The notes beneath the pieces are model-generated. The model made no database searches. It saw only the letters and a program-made list of their open reading frames with translations, and was not told where the DNA came from. Made by a program: the position numbers and the translations under genes. Below are positions 49,817 to 63,062 of a stretch of DNA of 64,000 nt, in pieces (the stretch's first letter is position 1; each line of letters opens with the position of its first letter). The stretch spans positions 60,760,001-60,824,000 of the forward strand of contig NC_135898.1 in NCBI RefSeq assembly GCF_964194155.1. Direction: 5' to 3'. The stretch is from Cetorhinus maximus (Eukaryota).

Positions 49817-50536
49817 AGGTGAAATTTAATGCCCCCCATCTCACTGGGGGTGAGTTTGGAAGCAGGATTGATCAGGCAGGAGGGTGCAGAATGGGGACCG
49901 GGCCATCTTTTCACCTCCGCTTGTTCAAGCTCAGGGCTGGTAGGGTGGAGGGCACGGAGGCCAATTGAAGCCCTTAAGTAGCCTCATCCTGCTGGCCCTG
50001 GTATTCAAACAGTGGCAGGTGGGGAATTTGCCATGCAGGAAGATAACACAGCAAACCTGCGGCCTAGTAGGGGGAGGCCCTCGCTCACAGGCATTCAGTG
50101 CCCAATCAAGACCCGGCATCAGGAAGGGTGTGGTCTGCTGAAAGTCACCCCTTGCCCTTGCTTCTGACCGCCACCTTGCCAGTGTTCTGCTCCCTGTTAC
50201 CCTCATACTGTCCACGCTTATCTCTATCTGGGGATACAGCAGTGATCCTCAAGGTAGACCCTGCAATACCATCAGTGGCCATTGTTCCAGGTGGTGCTGC
50301 CAGCACTGAAGAGCTGCCAGCCTCTGATTGGTGGTAGCTCTTGGTGGTGGGATTTCTGCCCCACCGCGTGCTTGATTGCTGGGAGGCCTGACGCAGCCCA
50401 GGTAAGTGCCTGATTACCTATTGTGTCAGGCCTGCCAGAGAGAAGCAACACAAGGTTCCCACTGGTTCTCCAAAGTGCAATAGTTTCCTCATCACCATGG
50501 AAGGAGCAGTGAGGGGAGGAGACTGTTAAACGTCTC
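49817..50536. mobile_element. Old Harbinger-type MITE related to 15693-16433
   Basis: Shared GGCCAATTGAAGCCCTTAA and GCCAGCCTCTGATTGG blocks; AAC on both sides; TIRs decayed. Confidence 0.5.
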
Positions 50537-50939
50537 AACAGCCTTTTGCAAATGACTGCAACATATAAAATCCTCTATCTCAAGTCACCAATGGTAAGAT
50601 GGCCAGAAAATAGACCTTCCACTTACAATTTATTGAAGATCAATATTGTATCGCATGCTGTCAGTTGGTGTCCTGATGGAAGGAGAACGTGAGGATGTGA
50701 AGAAGATACAGTACCAGAAAGTGAAGAAAATCCTTCTGCACAGCATGTATAGGGTAGTTCAGAGAGGTGGCTGAGGTGATTAGGTAGAAGTTCCTGAGGC
50801 TGATGGTAGGTCCTCACACTAATAAATAAGATGGTGGAAACAAGTGAATTGACCCAATCTGCCAATCCCTCTTAGTAATGTTCACAGAAGTGGATTTTAA
50901 TTGCTTTATTTCAGGTTGGCTGCATGGAATGCAGTGAGG

Positions 50940-51990
50940 GCAACAACAACTTGCATTTATGTACAACCTTTAACATGGGAAAACATCCCAAGGTGTTTCA
51001 CAGGAGCATTATCAGACATAGAAGAGCTAACTAAAAGCTTGGTCAAATTGACATGTTTTATGAAGTTTCTTAAAGCGGGTAAAGAGAGGTGGAGAGGTAA
51101 GGAGGTTTAGAAAGGAAATTCCAAATTTTAGCGCACAGACAGCTGAAGGCACAGCCATCGGTTGTTCAGTGAAGTGATTTGCAGAATTGGAGGGTTGTAG
51201 GCCATGGAGAAAATTGCAGAGATCAGCCATGGAGGAATCTGGACATGAGGACAAGAGTTTTAAAATCAAGGTGTTGGTAGACTGGGAGCTAATGTAACTC
51301 AGTAAGCACTGGTGACAGGTGAATAAGGCTTCTTGTAGGTTAGGATGCAAGTCACTGAAAGATAAACTTTATGGATTGTGGAAGATGGAAGATTGACTAG
51401 AGCACTGAAATAGTTGAATCTGGAGATAACAAAAGCACAGATGAGGGTTTCCGAAGCAGGTGGACTGAGGCTGGGAGGAGATGGATGATCTTATGGAGAT
51501 GGAAGTAGCTCTTCATGGAGATCAAAAGCTAAGCTCAGGGTCAAATAGAATGGCAAGGTGGTAAATAACCTGGTTCAACCTTATACAGTTGCCAGAGACA
51601 AGGATGGAATCGATGGCAAGGGAACAGAGTTTGTGGCAGGGACTGAAGATAATAGACTACTACTCACTATTTAATCAGAGGAAATTGTGCCTATCAAACA
51701 CAATCAAGTATGTCTATCAAGCAGACTGACAACACAGAGGTAATGAAAGGGTTGAGAGTGATTGTAGTTAGGTAGAGCCAGGAGTTATCAGCATTCATGT
51801 GGAATCTGATGTTGTGTCTTTGAATGATATTGTCGAGAAATAGTATGCAGATGAGGAATAGGACAGTCCAAGGATAGATCCTTGGGGAATTTCAGAGGTT
51901 CTGTTCTGGTGGCTGGAAGAGAAGCCATTCTCCAGCTACAACTCTAAAAGTAAGATCAGTCCCACCTAGCTGGACAACAAAGGAAAGGCA
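50940..51990 (-). mobile_element. Degenerate L2-like LINE 3' region
   Basis: Tail caacaacaacttgcatttat…catcccaagg; purine-rich plus strand; PQGSILG-like (aggatagatccttgggg) and ADNS-like RT relics near 51790-51890. Confidence 0.55.
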
Positions 51991-52002
51991 TTGGAGACAT
52001 AG

Positions 52003-52580
52003 CTGATCTGATTGTGGCCTCAACTCCATTTTGCCATCTGCCTCATAACCCTTGACTCTCTTGTCTATTAAAAACATGTCTAATTCAGCCTTGAATAAAT
52101 TCAATGTCCCAGCCTCCACTGCTTTCTGGGGAACAGAATTCCACGTACTAACAACCCTTTGAGAGAAAAAAATTCTCCTCATCTCTGTCTTATTCTTAAA
52201 CTGTGTCTCCTGGTTCTAGTCTCTCCCACAAGTGAAAACATCCTGCTGGTATCCGCCCTGTCACGTCCGCTCAGGATCTTAGGAGTTTTAATAAGATCAC
52301 CTCTCATTCTTCTAAACTCCAATGGTTATAGGCCCAACCTGTTCAACCTTTCTTCATAAGATAAGCTCCTCATCCCAGGAATGAGTCAACTGAACCTTCT
52401 CTGAACTACTTCTAACACAGTTATAGCTTTTTTTCAAATAAGAAGACCAAAACTATACACAGTATTCCAATGCGGTCGCACCAATGCCCTCTACAGCTGC
52501 GGTAAAACTTCTCTACTTCTATATTTCATTCCCCTTGCAATAAATGCCAACATTCCATTTGCCTTCCTAATCACTTGCTG
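52003..52580 (-). mobile_element. Classical vertebrate CR1 LINE 3' fragment
   Basis: QQVIRKANGMLAFIARGMKYRSREVL and FFSQRVVSTWNSVPQKAVEAGTLNLFKAELD. Confidence 0.9.
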
Positions 52581-52861
52581 GATTGGAGAGTAGCACAGCC
52601 CACATTCTTTCCAAGTGAAATCCTCAGCGAATTTCCAGAATAACTGTTGATAGTGTGTTGAAGTCTTGACAAACTGTGCCAGAAAGTTTTCTAACATGTT
52701 TTAAGTTCCTCTTCATCCCCTCTGCAGCAAGTAAGCAGTAAAAAGTGATATACCCAGCACTTGAAATTCTCAGCAATAATTTGTTTACTCCTATTCATCT
52801 GGTTGCTGTTAACAGAGGTTGTTATCCACCAAAGTAGCTTGCAGTCTCTTTTATGATACAG

Positions 52862-55828
52862 AAGGACTAAGAGCCCTGACAACATCCAGACGGTGGTGCT
52901 TAAGATTGGTGCTCCAGAATTAGCTGCCCTTCTAGCCAAGCTGTTCCAATACAGCTACAATACTGGCATCTATCCGACAATGTCAAAATTGCCCAGATAT
53001 GTTCTGTCCACAAATTGGACATATCTAATCTGGCCAATTATCGCTCCATTAGTCCACTCTCAATCATCAGCAAAGTGATGTTGACAGTGCAATCAAGCGG
53101 CACTTGCTTTCCAATTATCTGCTCACCGATGCTCGGTTTAGATTCCATCAGGACCACTCAGTTCCAGACATCATTACATCCTGGGTCCAATCATGGACAT
53201 AAAGTTGAATTGCAGGGGTGAGGTGAGCGTGTCTGCCCTTGACACTGAGGCCTGGATTTTCATCTACGAGTCGTGTGCACAGAGTCGGGAGAATCCCTGG
53301 CTCCATGAACTTGACCTTTAAATGTGGCTGCCTGAATTCCTAATTTTCGGTCCAGGGGAGTCAGGGTGGAGCAGGCTAGATTAGAAGTTGGGGTGGTGAC
53401 CCCAGAAGTAGTGAGGAGGATGCCGGTTGCGGAGGTGGGCTGGGTGGAAGGCCTGCCTTGGGGCTCCAGCACTATTTCCAAAAATTTGAACAAAATCATA
53501 AAATACCCTTCCGGCCCTCACCTCTCACACTCCCTCACCTTCCACACATTCCCCACGTCCCATTTATGCCAACCCATGCCACTTCAATCCCTGTGCCAGC
53601 CCCCATAATTTCTCATACCCTCCATGCCAACCTATGCCCCATACCCACCCCCATGGTCCCTCATAGGTTGGCATGGAGGGTATGTCCTTGAACTCACTCC
53701 CCGTGACCCTTTATAGCCACTATGCCAACTTAGTGCCAACTCATGGCAATGCATCCTCCCCATCCACTTCCCTTTGTCCTTACACCTACCATGCCAGCTC
53801 ACCCAGTATCTACCATGGGCAGACATCAGGGCTCATGCAGAGGTGAGATAAAATAAAGTTCCATAAAATAAAGTTCTAAGTGTCTTTTGCAGGCTTCACT
53901 ATATTTTAAAAAACACAAATTCATAAAACCCATTTACTGCATTTACAGTCCTTCAACTAAATAAGGCCTTAAAACAAACATTTCACTCAAGTGCATGATC
54001 CCTTATAATAATGAGCATTAGAATTCATAGCCCCACTTCAAAGAATCTACAACCACTTGTAGCTTTCAATCAATGGCAGGCATCCTCCTGTGATAATGGA
54101 TGGTTGTGAAATCAATCATGCAGTTGTATTCCAGTAAGGGAAGCCCTCAGGCATATGTCAACAGACAGAGTGAAATATCAAGCAATTAAGCACTCCAGCC
54201 ATTATTTTTCAAAGATTTAAAGGGCAGGACTTTTCAAAGCCTTGACAGCTCCCTCTGACAGGTGTGTTTGGTAGTTCCTCTTGACAGTGTTTACAGATCC
54301 TCCTGACAGGTCCTCTTGACACTTTTTACAGGTCCTCTTGAGAGGTCCTTTTGACAGTTCCCCTTGATACTTTTGACAGGTCCTCTTGACAGGTGCTTTT
54401 GTCAATTTTGACAATTGATTTTTCCAGGTCTGTTGGCAGTTTTAATATCCATGACAGTTAATGAGTTTATGCACCTCTTTACACACATTCATGCCTCCTT
54501 TTAACAATTCCAAAGGCACATGACCTCTTGCAAAGGTGCCCTGGGACCAGATCCAAAGGAGTACCTACCTTTCAAAATGGGTACCCGGGCTATCCAAACA
54601 AATCCACAAAGTTCAGACCTGCTCTTACCAGGTCTACCCTGCACACTTGGGTTTCACACGCCTGGGTTACCAAAATCTGACTTCAGTAGAGGCAGCTAAT
54701 GATTTAAATGGCCAGCTGCCTCCATAAACCACACATGCGTGAAATGTGAACTGCCCCCATGAAAATGTGAACTGCCATATTTGGGGGCAGAGTTTACAAT
54801 TTTGGGCTCTCCGTCATATTGAAAATTCGGGCCTAGGACAGCATTTGACTGAGTGTGGCATCAAGGAGCCCTAGAAAAATTGAGGTCAATGGGAATCAAA
54901 GGGAAAACTCTCCACTGGTTGGAGCTATATCTAACACAAAAGAAGATAGTTATGGTTATTGGAGGTCAATCACTTCAGCCTCGGAACACCACTGCAAGAG
55001 TTCTTTAGAGGAGTGTCCTAAGCCCAAACAAATTCAGTTGCTTCATGAATGAACTTTCCTCCACCATAAGGTCAGAAGTGGGCATGCTCTCTGATGACTG
55101 ATGTCCAGTTCCAATCACAACACATCCTCTTATGAAATAGTTGTTCCCAGAGAAGAGAGAATCTAATCATATAACCTTTGACATTCAATGGCATCATCAT
55201 CATTGACTTCCTTCACCATTAACATTCTGGGAGTCATCATTGGCCTGAAACTTAACTGAACCAGCCCCATGAATGCTGTTGCTACAAGGGCATTTCAGAG
55301 GTTGGATATTCTGTAGCAAGTAATTCATACCCCTGACTCCCCACAGTCTTTCCACCAACTACAAGGCACAAATCAGGAGTGTGATGGAATATTCATTACT
55401 TGAACAAACGCAGTTTTAACAACATTAATAAGCTCAACACGCCCAAGACAAGATTGGCATTCTATTAAGCCATTTAAACATTCACTCCCTCTATCACTAG
55501 TGCAACGTGGCTACCATGCATACCATGTGCACTGCAGTAACTTGCCAAGGCTTCTTCAACAGCACCTTCCTAACCTCTGATCTCTACTGCCTAGAAGAGC
55601 AAGAGCAGAAGGCACATGGGAACAGCATGACATGCAAGTTCCCTTCCAAGTTACACACCATCCTGGTCTGAAAAATATCACTGTTTGTTCATTGTCGTGG
55701 GGTCAAAATCCTGAAACTCCCTACCCAACAGCAATGTGGGTGTATCTACATCACAAAGACTGCAGCAATTCACCACCACCTTCTCAAGGGCATTTGGGGA
55801 GGAAAATAAATTCTGGCCTTACTAGCAG
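52862..55828 (+). mobile_element. Old 5'-truncated copy of the CR1-group APE+RT LINE, split by a MITE
   Basis: APELAALLAKLFQYSYNTGIYPT and NYRSISPLS. Homology resumes at 54834 (gcatttgactgagtgtggcatcaagg) and runs to the 3' tail. Confidence 0.85.
53249..54833. mobile_element. Non-autonomous Harbinger-type element with an internal TGACAG tandem array
   Basis: TIRs GGCCTGGATTTTCA / TGAAAATTCGGGCC; flanks TGA and TAG; interrupts a LINE at a defined point. Confidence 0.82.
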
Positions 55829-57697
55829 GCAATTTAATTGTCAATCAGCCCCTTGCTAGTATTGGCTTCAACTCCATTACTGAGATGGTGTTTTGCATTA
55901 AACATGGGCTAAACTGCCATTGTAGCTTAAGACCTCATCTTGGTCATCTCTCTACCTCTTTAGCGCCTACACTATTCAACCAGAATCTCTGCCTAAGTGT
56001 TTAAGTATATGTGAATGTTAGTTTTTGCATTGACCAAATATAGGTTAAATTGTAAGAGCTCCTTCATCTTCAGCAGGGCCTTACATGTAGCCAGTGCTTA
56101 TAAAAAATGCATGCTGTTTGCAAGGCCCTACAGGTAACACAATTAATTTATCTTGTTATGTCACATTCTACATGCTTAAAATCTCTTTAGATTACTAGTG
56201 ATATTCAATTACAATAAGAACCTTATTCTGAAAAAATTCTTGGCCTCCATATTTTTATTGAAAAGCAGAACATGCTAAAAAGCCTTTGCTAGTTTGCTTT
56301 GCAGATTCCAAATTTAAAAAAAAATACATGGCCTTTAAATGGTGTCTTGGGATATTAAACAGCTTAACACCACATTAAAATAGCAGAGGAAGGAATTTCA
56401 GCCAAATGTCTTAAGCTCGTGTCTCGTGGTATAATCTCAAAGCTCAATTGCTGTGCTTCCTCTTGAAATGATGCAAAGCCACGTCTTGTCAGTTTTGGTA
56501 TGTGTTCAACAGCAACACCAAAGGTACACTTGGGCAGTTGGGAATTGCTACTTGCATTGTGAAAACAACTATATTAGTTGCTGACAGTTTCAATTTAGCA
56601 AAATACTAACTACTCCTAACAACGGGTTGAGCTCCAAATTACATGGCTGGAACATATGGGAAAAAAGAAATACAATCATTTCCAGGCTGGGATTAAAGCT
56701 TTGTGTTTGAGTAATCATTATAACTGACCCTGGAACACCTACCTTTTCCAAATTGAAACAACAAACAATCTGTTCACCAACATTAACAATTCTCTTCATA
56801 ATTAACACACCATAAAAATCCATGCCCAGATGGTTCAAATAATGAGTGAATTTTGTATTTCTTTATATTCTCTATTGAAACCTTGTGACAGAGTTTAATA
56901 CTAGTACATTATCTTCAGTTGGGTACAGTGTGGTCTGTCACTCTGTAATAATAACTAGCTCTTTTGCAGCCATTGATTACCCATAATTAGGCTTTTTCCC
57001 CAGCTATTATTCCAACTGGCCATACAGAATGGTGTGTGAAGAACAAGACTGCTTTTATGGTCAGATTGCTACTACACTCAATATAGCTCAATTTTCGGGC
57101 TATCAGCCCTAGCCTTTTGAAGTCTGAGTTAGTGCAACTCTTTTTAAAAGATCTGCTGTGCTTAAAGGCTTGAAATTGATCACGAGGTCCAAAGAGACCT
57201 TTTAAACAAGTAGTGTAGTGCTCTCCCTTGAGAAATAAATAGTATCAGTAAAGGATATAAGAGAGGCTAGAGGTTGCATTAGGTGTTACTTTAACTCAGA
57301 CTGTAAAATATCTCCATTTAATTAATAAACACAGGAGATGTGATATCCAAAATTGGAACATCATGATTTTATGGTTATGAATTTCATTTACCTAAATTAT
57401 AAAACATTATGGAATAACTAAATTATTTGTTTAAAAATGTAATACTGTCATTTAACTTCCCCAATACACAAACATTTATAGATGTACCATACCTCATGAT
57501 TTCATCTTATTTATAAAATCAGACAACCTGTTATCAATTTGCATTTTAACTGCAACAATTGCAGTATGCCAATGTCTTTACAGTTGATAACATAAAATGT
57601 GTGAAATTACAGTATATTTCTGTATTGGACAGTTATCACAGGTAAACAATTTATAGTTTGATGCCTAGCAGCTCTTAAAATCATTGATAATGTATTA

Positions 57698-59057
57698 CAA
57701 GCTGTTCCAGTATAGCTACAACACTGGCATCTATCCAACAATGTGGAAAATTGCCCAGGTATGTCCAGTCCACAAAAAGCAGGACAAACCCAATCTGGCC
57801 AATTACTACCCCACCAGGTTGCTCTTAATCATCAGCAAAGTGATGGAAGGTGTTGTTGACAGTGTTATCAAGCAGCACTCACACAGCAATCACCTGCTTG
57901 CTGATGCTCAGTTTGGGTTCCGTCAGGACCACTCAGCTCCTGAGCTCATTACAGCCTTGGTCCAAACATGGACAAAAGATCTGCAGTAAAGAGGTGAGGT
58001 GAACGAATTTTTAAAAAGTTACATGAAAATCTCCAGTGGATGAAGTCATACCTAGCACAAAGGAAGATAATTGTGGCTGTTGGAGGCCAATCATCTCAGT
58101 CCCAAGACATTGCTGCAGGAGTTTCTCATTCATCAACTACTTTATCAATTACCACCCCTCCATATTAAGACCGGAAGTGAGTATGTTGGCTGATGATTGC
58201 ACAGTGTTGCAACTCCTGAGATACTGAAGCAGTCCATACCCATTTGCAGCAAGACCTGAACAACATTCAGGCTTGGGCTGATAAATGGCAAGTAACATTT
58301 GCACTACAAAAGTGCCAGATAAAATGAGCATTTCCAACAAGAGAGAATCCAACCATCCCCCCTCGATATCCAATGGCATTACCATCACTGAATCCCCACC
58401 ATCAACATCCTGGGCGTTACCATTGACCAGAAACTGAACTGGACTATGCTTATAAACACCAAAGAGCAGGTCAGAGACTGGGAATTTTGTGGGGAGTAAT
58501 TCACCTCCTGACTCCCAAAGCCTGCCCACCATCTATAAGGGCCAAGTCAGAGTGTCATGGAATACTTTCCACTTGTGCAGACGAGTGCAGTTCAACAATA
58601 CTTAAGAAGCTTGACACCTTGCAGGGCAAAGCCACGGCTAGATTGGCACCCCATCTACCACCTTAAACATTCATTTCCTCCACCACTGATGCACAGTGGT
58701 ACCATCTACAAGATGCACTGCAGCAATTCACCAAGGCTCTTTAGACAGCACCTTCCAAACCTGCAACCTGGACCACCAGGAAGGACAAGGGCAGCAGACT
58801 CATGAGAACACCACCACATATGAGCTCCACTCCAAGTCACACACCTTCCTGACTTAGAACTATGTCACTGTTCCTTCACTGTTGATGGGTCAAAATCCTG
58901 GAAATCTCTTCCTTACAGCACTGTAGATGTGCCTACACCAGACTGACTGCAGCAGTTCAAGAAGGCGGCTCACCATCACCTTCTGCAGGGCAATTAGGGA
59001 TGAACAACAAATGTTGGCCATGCCAGCGATGCTCACAACCCATGAAAGAATAAAAAA
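57698..59057 (+). mobile_element. 5'-truncated copy of the CR1-group LINE (RT to 3' tail)
   Basis: KLFQYSYNTGIYPTMWKIAQVCPVHKKQDK…QFGFR…LADDC; ends GAATAAAAAA. Confidence 0.9.
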
Positions 59058-59524
59058 GCCATGTTTGATTTTATATTCATTTATTAAGATAATGTGCGGA
59101 TGGTACTCTATTAAAGGATAACATCACATCACATAGTAATAGAAAATGATTAATATTTTTTTAATGAAAAGTACTTTTAAAGTAGGAGCCTCAATATGAA
59201 AAACAAAATAATTGATAAAGAGGAAGATATTCTAATGTATTTAATATTTTAATAGTTAATATTTCAATCATTTTCCTACAGCACTGGTGGGTCTACTCAT
59301 CTGAATAATGAAAGTGTATATCATGGACTAAAAGACTGAACTAAATGATCACAGGGGCTAAATTTAATTGGGGAAATTTTGTTTTGCACGTTTGCTTGAT
59401 GATACTGTAGGGACTATGTGCAACTTCCAGCAGGTAAAATGGAACCAGCTTCAAGTACAGTTGAACCAAAAGCAGCTCACTTTTATTAATACTGTCCAGG
59501 TAATAACTTTTTCGATGAGCTTAT

Positions 59525-60142
59525 GGGCAGGATTTTTCCTATGGCAAGCGGGCTGGGCGGGAGCGGGTGGGGAGTGCGCGGAGCTGATCACCGCCTGCGA
59601 TTGGCTCCGTGCCGCCATTTTACGTGGGTGGGCCAATTAAGGCCCGCCCAGCGTAATACGCGACAGGTAGCGCTCAGCACTACCTGTGCGGGCAGGGGGA
59701 GCAGGGAGAGAAATGAGCATTAAAGAAATGATTTAAAAATTTATTTAAGCATGTCCCCTCATGTGACTGTGTCACATGAGTGGGGACATGTTTTTATATT
59801 TATGAAAATTTATTTATTTATTTAATAAAAGCTTCAGGAAACCTCATCCCGCTCATGGATGAGGTTTCCTGAAAAACGCAAAGACCACTTGGGCTTTTCG
59901 CCTGCCCGCCAACCTTAAGGTTGGACGTGCAGTGTTCACAAGTGGTTCAATTAATTTCTTAATGGCCTTAATAGGCCGTTTACATTTTGGCGGGTGCGCA
60001 GCCGACTCTGGCGCGCGCCCGGCGAACGAAATATCACGATGGTGTGCGATGACGTTGGGACACACGCTCAACATCATTGCACTTCATTTTACACGTCGGC
60101 GCATCAGGCCTGCCCCCGCACGCCAACTGGAAAATTCTGCCC
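59525..60142. mobile_element. MITE carrying both ends of a family A-like Harbinger
   Basis: Left ~130 bp matches 19778-19900 and right ~300 bp matches 23860-24112. TIRs GGGCAGGATTTT / AAAATTCTGCCC; flanks TAT and CAT; two internal hairpins. Confidence 0.9.
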
Positions 60143-62757
60143 CATGTGTAAGGAAGGCAAAAATATTTAATTATTCAACACGCAGATATTGCACCAAGAT
60201 ATAGTACTGTTGTTTGTATTTGATCCAACTGTGTGCACATACTTGGCTGGATTTAGTCCCACCATCGCTGTACCCACTGGCGGATCCAGAAGTTGTGAGG
60301 AATCTGGCGCAGGTCTGTGGTGGTTGGCTGAACTCGATTATGGCCAGACATTTAGTGCGGGTGCCCTGTGTTAGAGTTGGAAATTGTCTTGCAGGCTTTT
60401 TAAGAAAGCTCTGCAGTTTAAATCTCCAGCATCTGACTTTCTGTTGCTCCAGCACAAAAAGACATTCCAAAGTCCAGGGGGAAAATTCTTCCACTGCCAC
60501 ACAAGATCATTCGGTGTCATCAGCGGGTTCAACTGAGCTCTGAGAAATCACAGTCCATTCAGCACATTGTCCTTCAGTTTGGTGTAGGTTTGCTCCCTGG
60601 CTTCTTGTCCTTTTGCTGCCTCCCGTTGCTGCTGCTGGATGGCATGCATAGGTTGGTGCGCAACATGGTGCTCATCAGCAAAACTCACCTCCTCCAGCAC
60701 TCGAGGATGAAGAAGGACAGGGTGGATGGTTCCCATACAGCCACTATCTCTCCCTTTCCTTGCAGGCAGCCTCCTAAGTCTCCTCCCCTTAGGGCTCAAA
60801 ACTGTGATGCCACTTTAAGGGATGGACACTCTGCTTCTCAGTTGTGTGCTGTCTCTTTAAATTTTGGACCCAGTACCTCTGGGTTCAGAATTTTCTGTCT
60901 GAGACTCCACCCCTCAGAGTGTCAGCTCAGCAAGTTGTTACACAGAGAAAATATCTCCAAGGTTAATCCACTACCCTGTGACTCAATCTCCTTGAGGTCA
61001 AAAGGACTCTCACAGTGATTCAAGGAAGCCACATATAGGTCGCCAGCTTTCACTGGGCAGAGCACTGAAGAGATGAGAGACATGTGTGAGCTTCATTAAA
61101 TCGGGTAGGATTAAATTGCGTCGAATTGCATTTAAATTATATGCAATTGGGCAATTAAGCACATCAATGAGCTTCCTGAGTTTGCTGTTTTGTTACCTTC
61201 CTATCACTGACTTAATCGCTTATGGTTTTCCTGCCCCGAGAGTCTGACACGTGGCCTGCCGTGCCAACTGGGGCTGGACGTATTCTGGGATACGTCGGTG
61301 GAAGTGACACCATGGAAAGCCAGCGGTGTGATATGAGCGGGTTCTAAGGGAGCATGAGAGAGGAAAACAAAACAACTTTCATTAGGCAAATGGGATGAAT
61401 TTGCAGCGAGGGTGAATAACGCTTAAAGTATAGAAGGGAAAAAAGCTTTACTCACTCTTAAGGGGCTCAATGTAGGATCCAACGCCTTGGCTTCAAACAG
61501 GGATTTGATAGCTTCTAAAGCAGGAGAATATAATTGTTTTTCTCTCCCCAATGAGGCTGGAATTAATCTGGCTAGGTGTCATCTAGCAGTTTGGGCGATT
61601 GGTGCGACACCCATGCTTTTTGATTAAGATCCCTTTGGGTCCTCACTGCATCAAAGAACCCCAATTTGCATAACATTATTGAGGTTCCCACCTGCCAGTA
61701 ATGGGAGCCTTGAACAACTGTGAAATGCATGCAATTAAAATGGCAGTGGGCACTGGGAAGAAAGTATGCGTCAATGGGCCGTTAAGCATACTAGTCTGAT
61801 TTTAACCCCTCAAGCAGCCTGCTCGCATCAGACAGGAGGGTATTAAAATTCCCCTGAGTGAGAGGGAGTGGAAGCATCACAGTTAAATCTGATCCTGACC
61901 TCACCAAATGTCCACACGTCTACATGATTACTGATTGTGTGAATACTGGTTGAACCTCCCGCTAGCCTAGGAGCACTAAAACCATTAATACTGTCTCTTC
62001 TGCTACCCAAGACGAAATCAGCTTACTTGCCACAGGATCTTAGATCTAGCCTTTCCTGTTGACCTCATTTGTACACTGAGAAATTCTTAAGTCAGCTGAA
62101 TTATCAGGGCAGCTTCCTAGATAGCTTTTAAAGTTGAACTGCATAAGAATCTCTGGCCAGCCAACCACCTAAACAAAGATACTGAGGTAGTTCTGATGTA
62201 TTATCTGTACCAAATTTTGATTTCTCACTAAATTAACGCAATCTCTATCACTGTTTTTAATTAAATGAAATCATTAAACCCTTGCTCGTGCCAATCGCGC
62301 TCAGACTAATGCTTGCTGTTTGCGCCCGATCCCTCAATGAAATTCAAACCAATCCTGTCGCAGCCTGTCAAAATCCCAGCCAATCAGAGTGCTCCTGGTT
62401 TTTCTTTTCACTTTACTGTTTGAATTTGATTGGGCGGCGCTGTGCTGGCTATGATGTCACCATGTAGCAATGCCTCATGATGGAAGTTGCAATTTCATCC
62501 CTTCTTGGGGGTTGTTGATAACGATTTATGGGACTGATTTGTTCAAAATATTGTTTAAAATCTTCCAGATTGCTTTCTTTGGCTACTGGGGGATAGATGC
62601 TGATTTCGGTAGACCCCCGGCCATTTCAGGAGGGTTGGCAACCCTATTCTCCCTGCCCGCCCATCATCTTACCTGCTCCAGCGGACTCCACAAGTCCAGC
62701 CCATGTATGGAAAACAGGATGACATGAACAGTATTTCATCATTCTAGCACAGACAGT

Positions 62758-63062
62758 AAAGAAAAAAGGATTTGCATTGTACTGCGCCTTTCATGACCTC
62801 AGGATGTCCCAAAGCACTTTACAGCCTAAGAAGTACTTTCGAAGCATAGTCACTATTGTAATGTAGGAAACGCAGCAGCCAATTTGTTCACAACAAAGTC
62901 CTGCAAACAGTAATTAAATATATGACCAGATCATCTCTTATAGGTGTTGGCTGAAGGATAAATGTTGGGAGACCTCCCTTGCTATTCATTGAATAGTGAC
63001 ATGGACTCTTATGGTCACCTGAGAGGATGGACTGAGCCTCGGTTTAACATCTCATCCAAAAG
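62758..63062 (-). mobile_element. Deu-domain SINE fragment (core plus tail)
   Basis: Reverse complement contains TTTGGATGAGATGTTAAACCGAGG and the tail AAAGTGCTTTGGGACATCCTGAGGTCATGAAAGGCGC. Confidence 0.8.
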
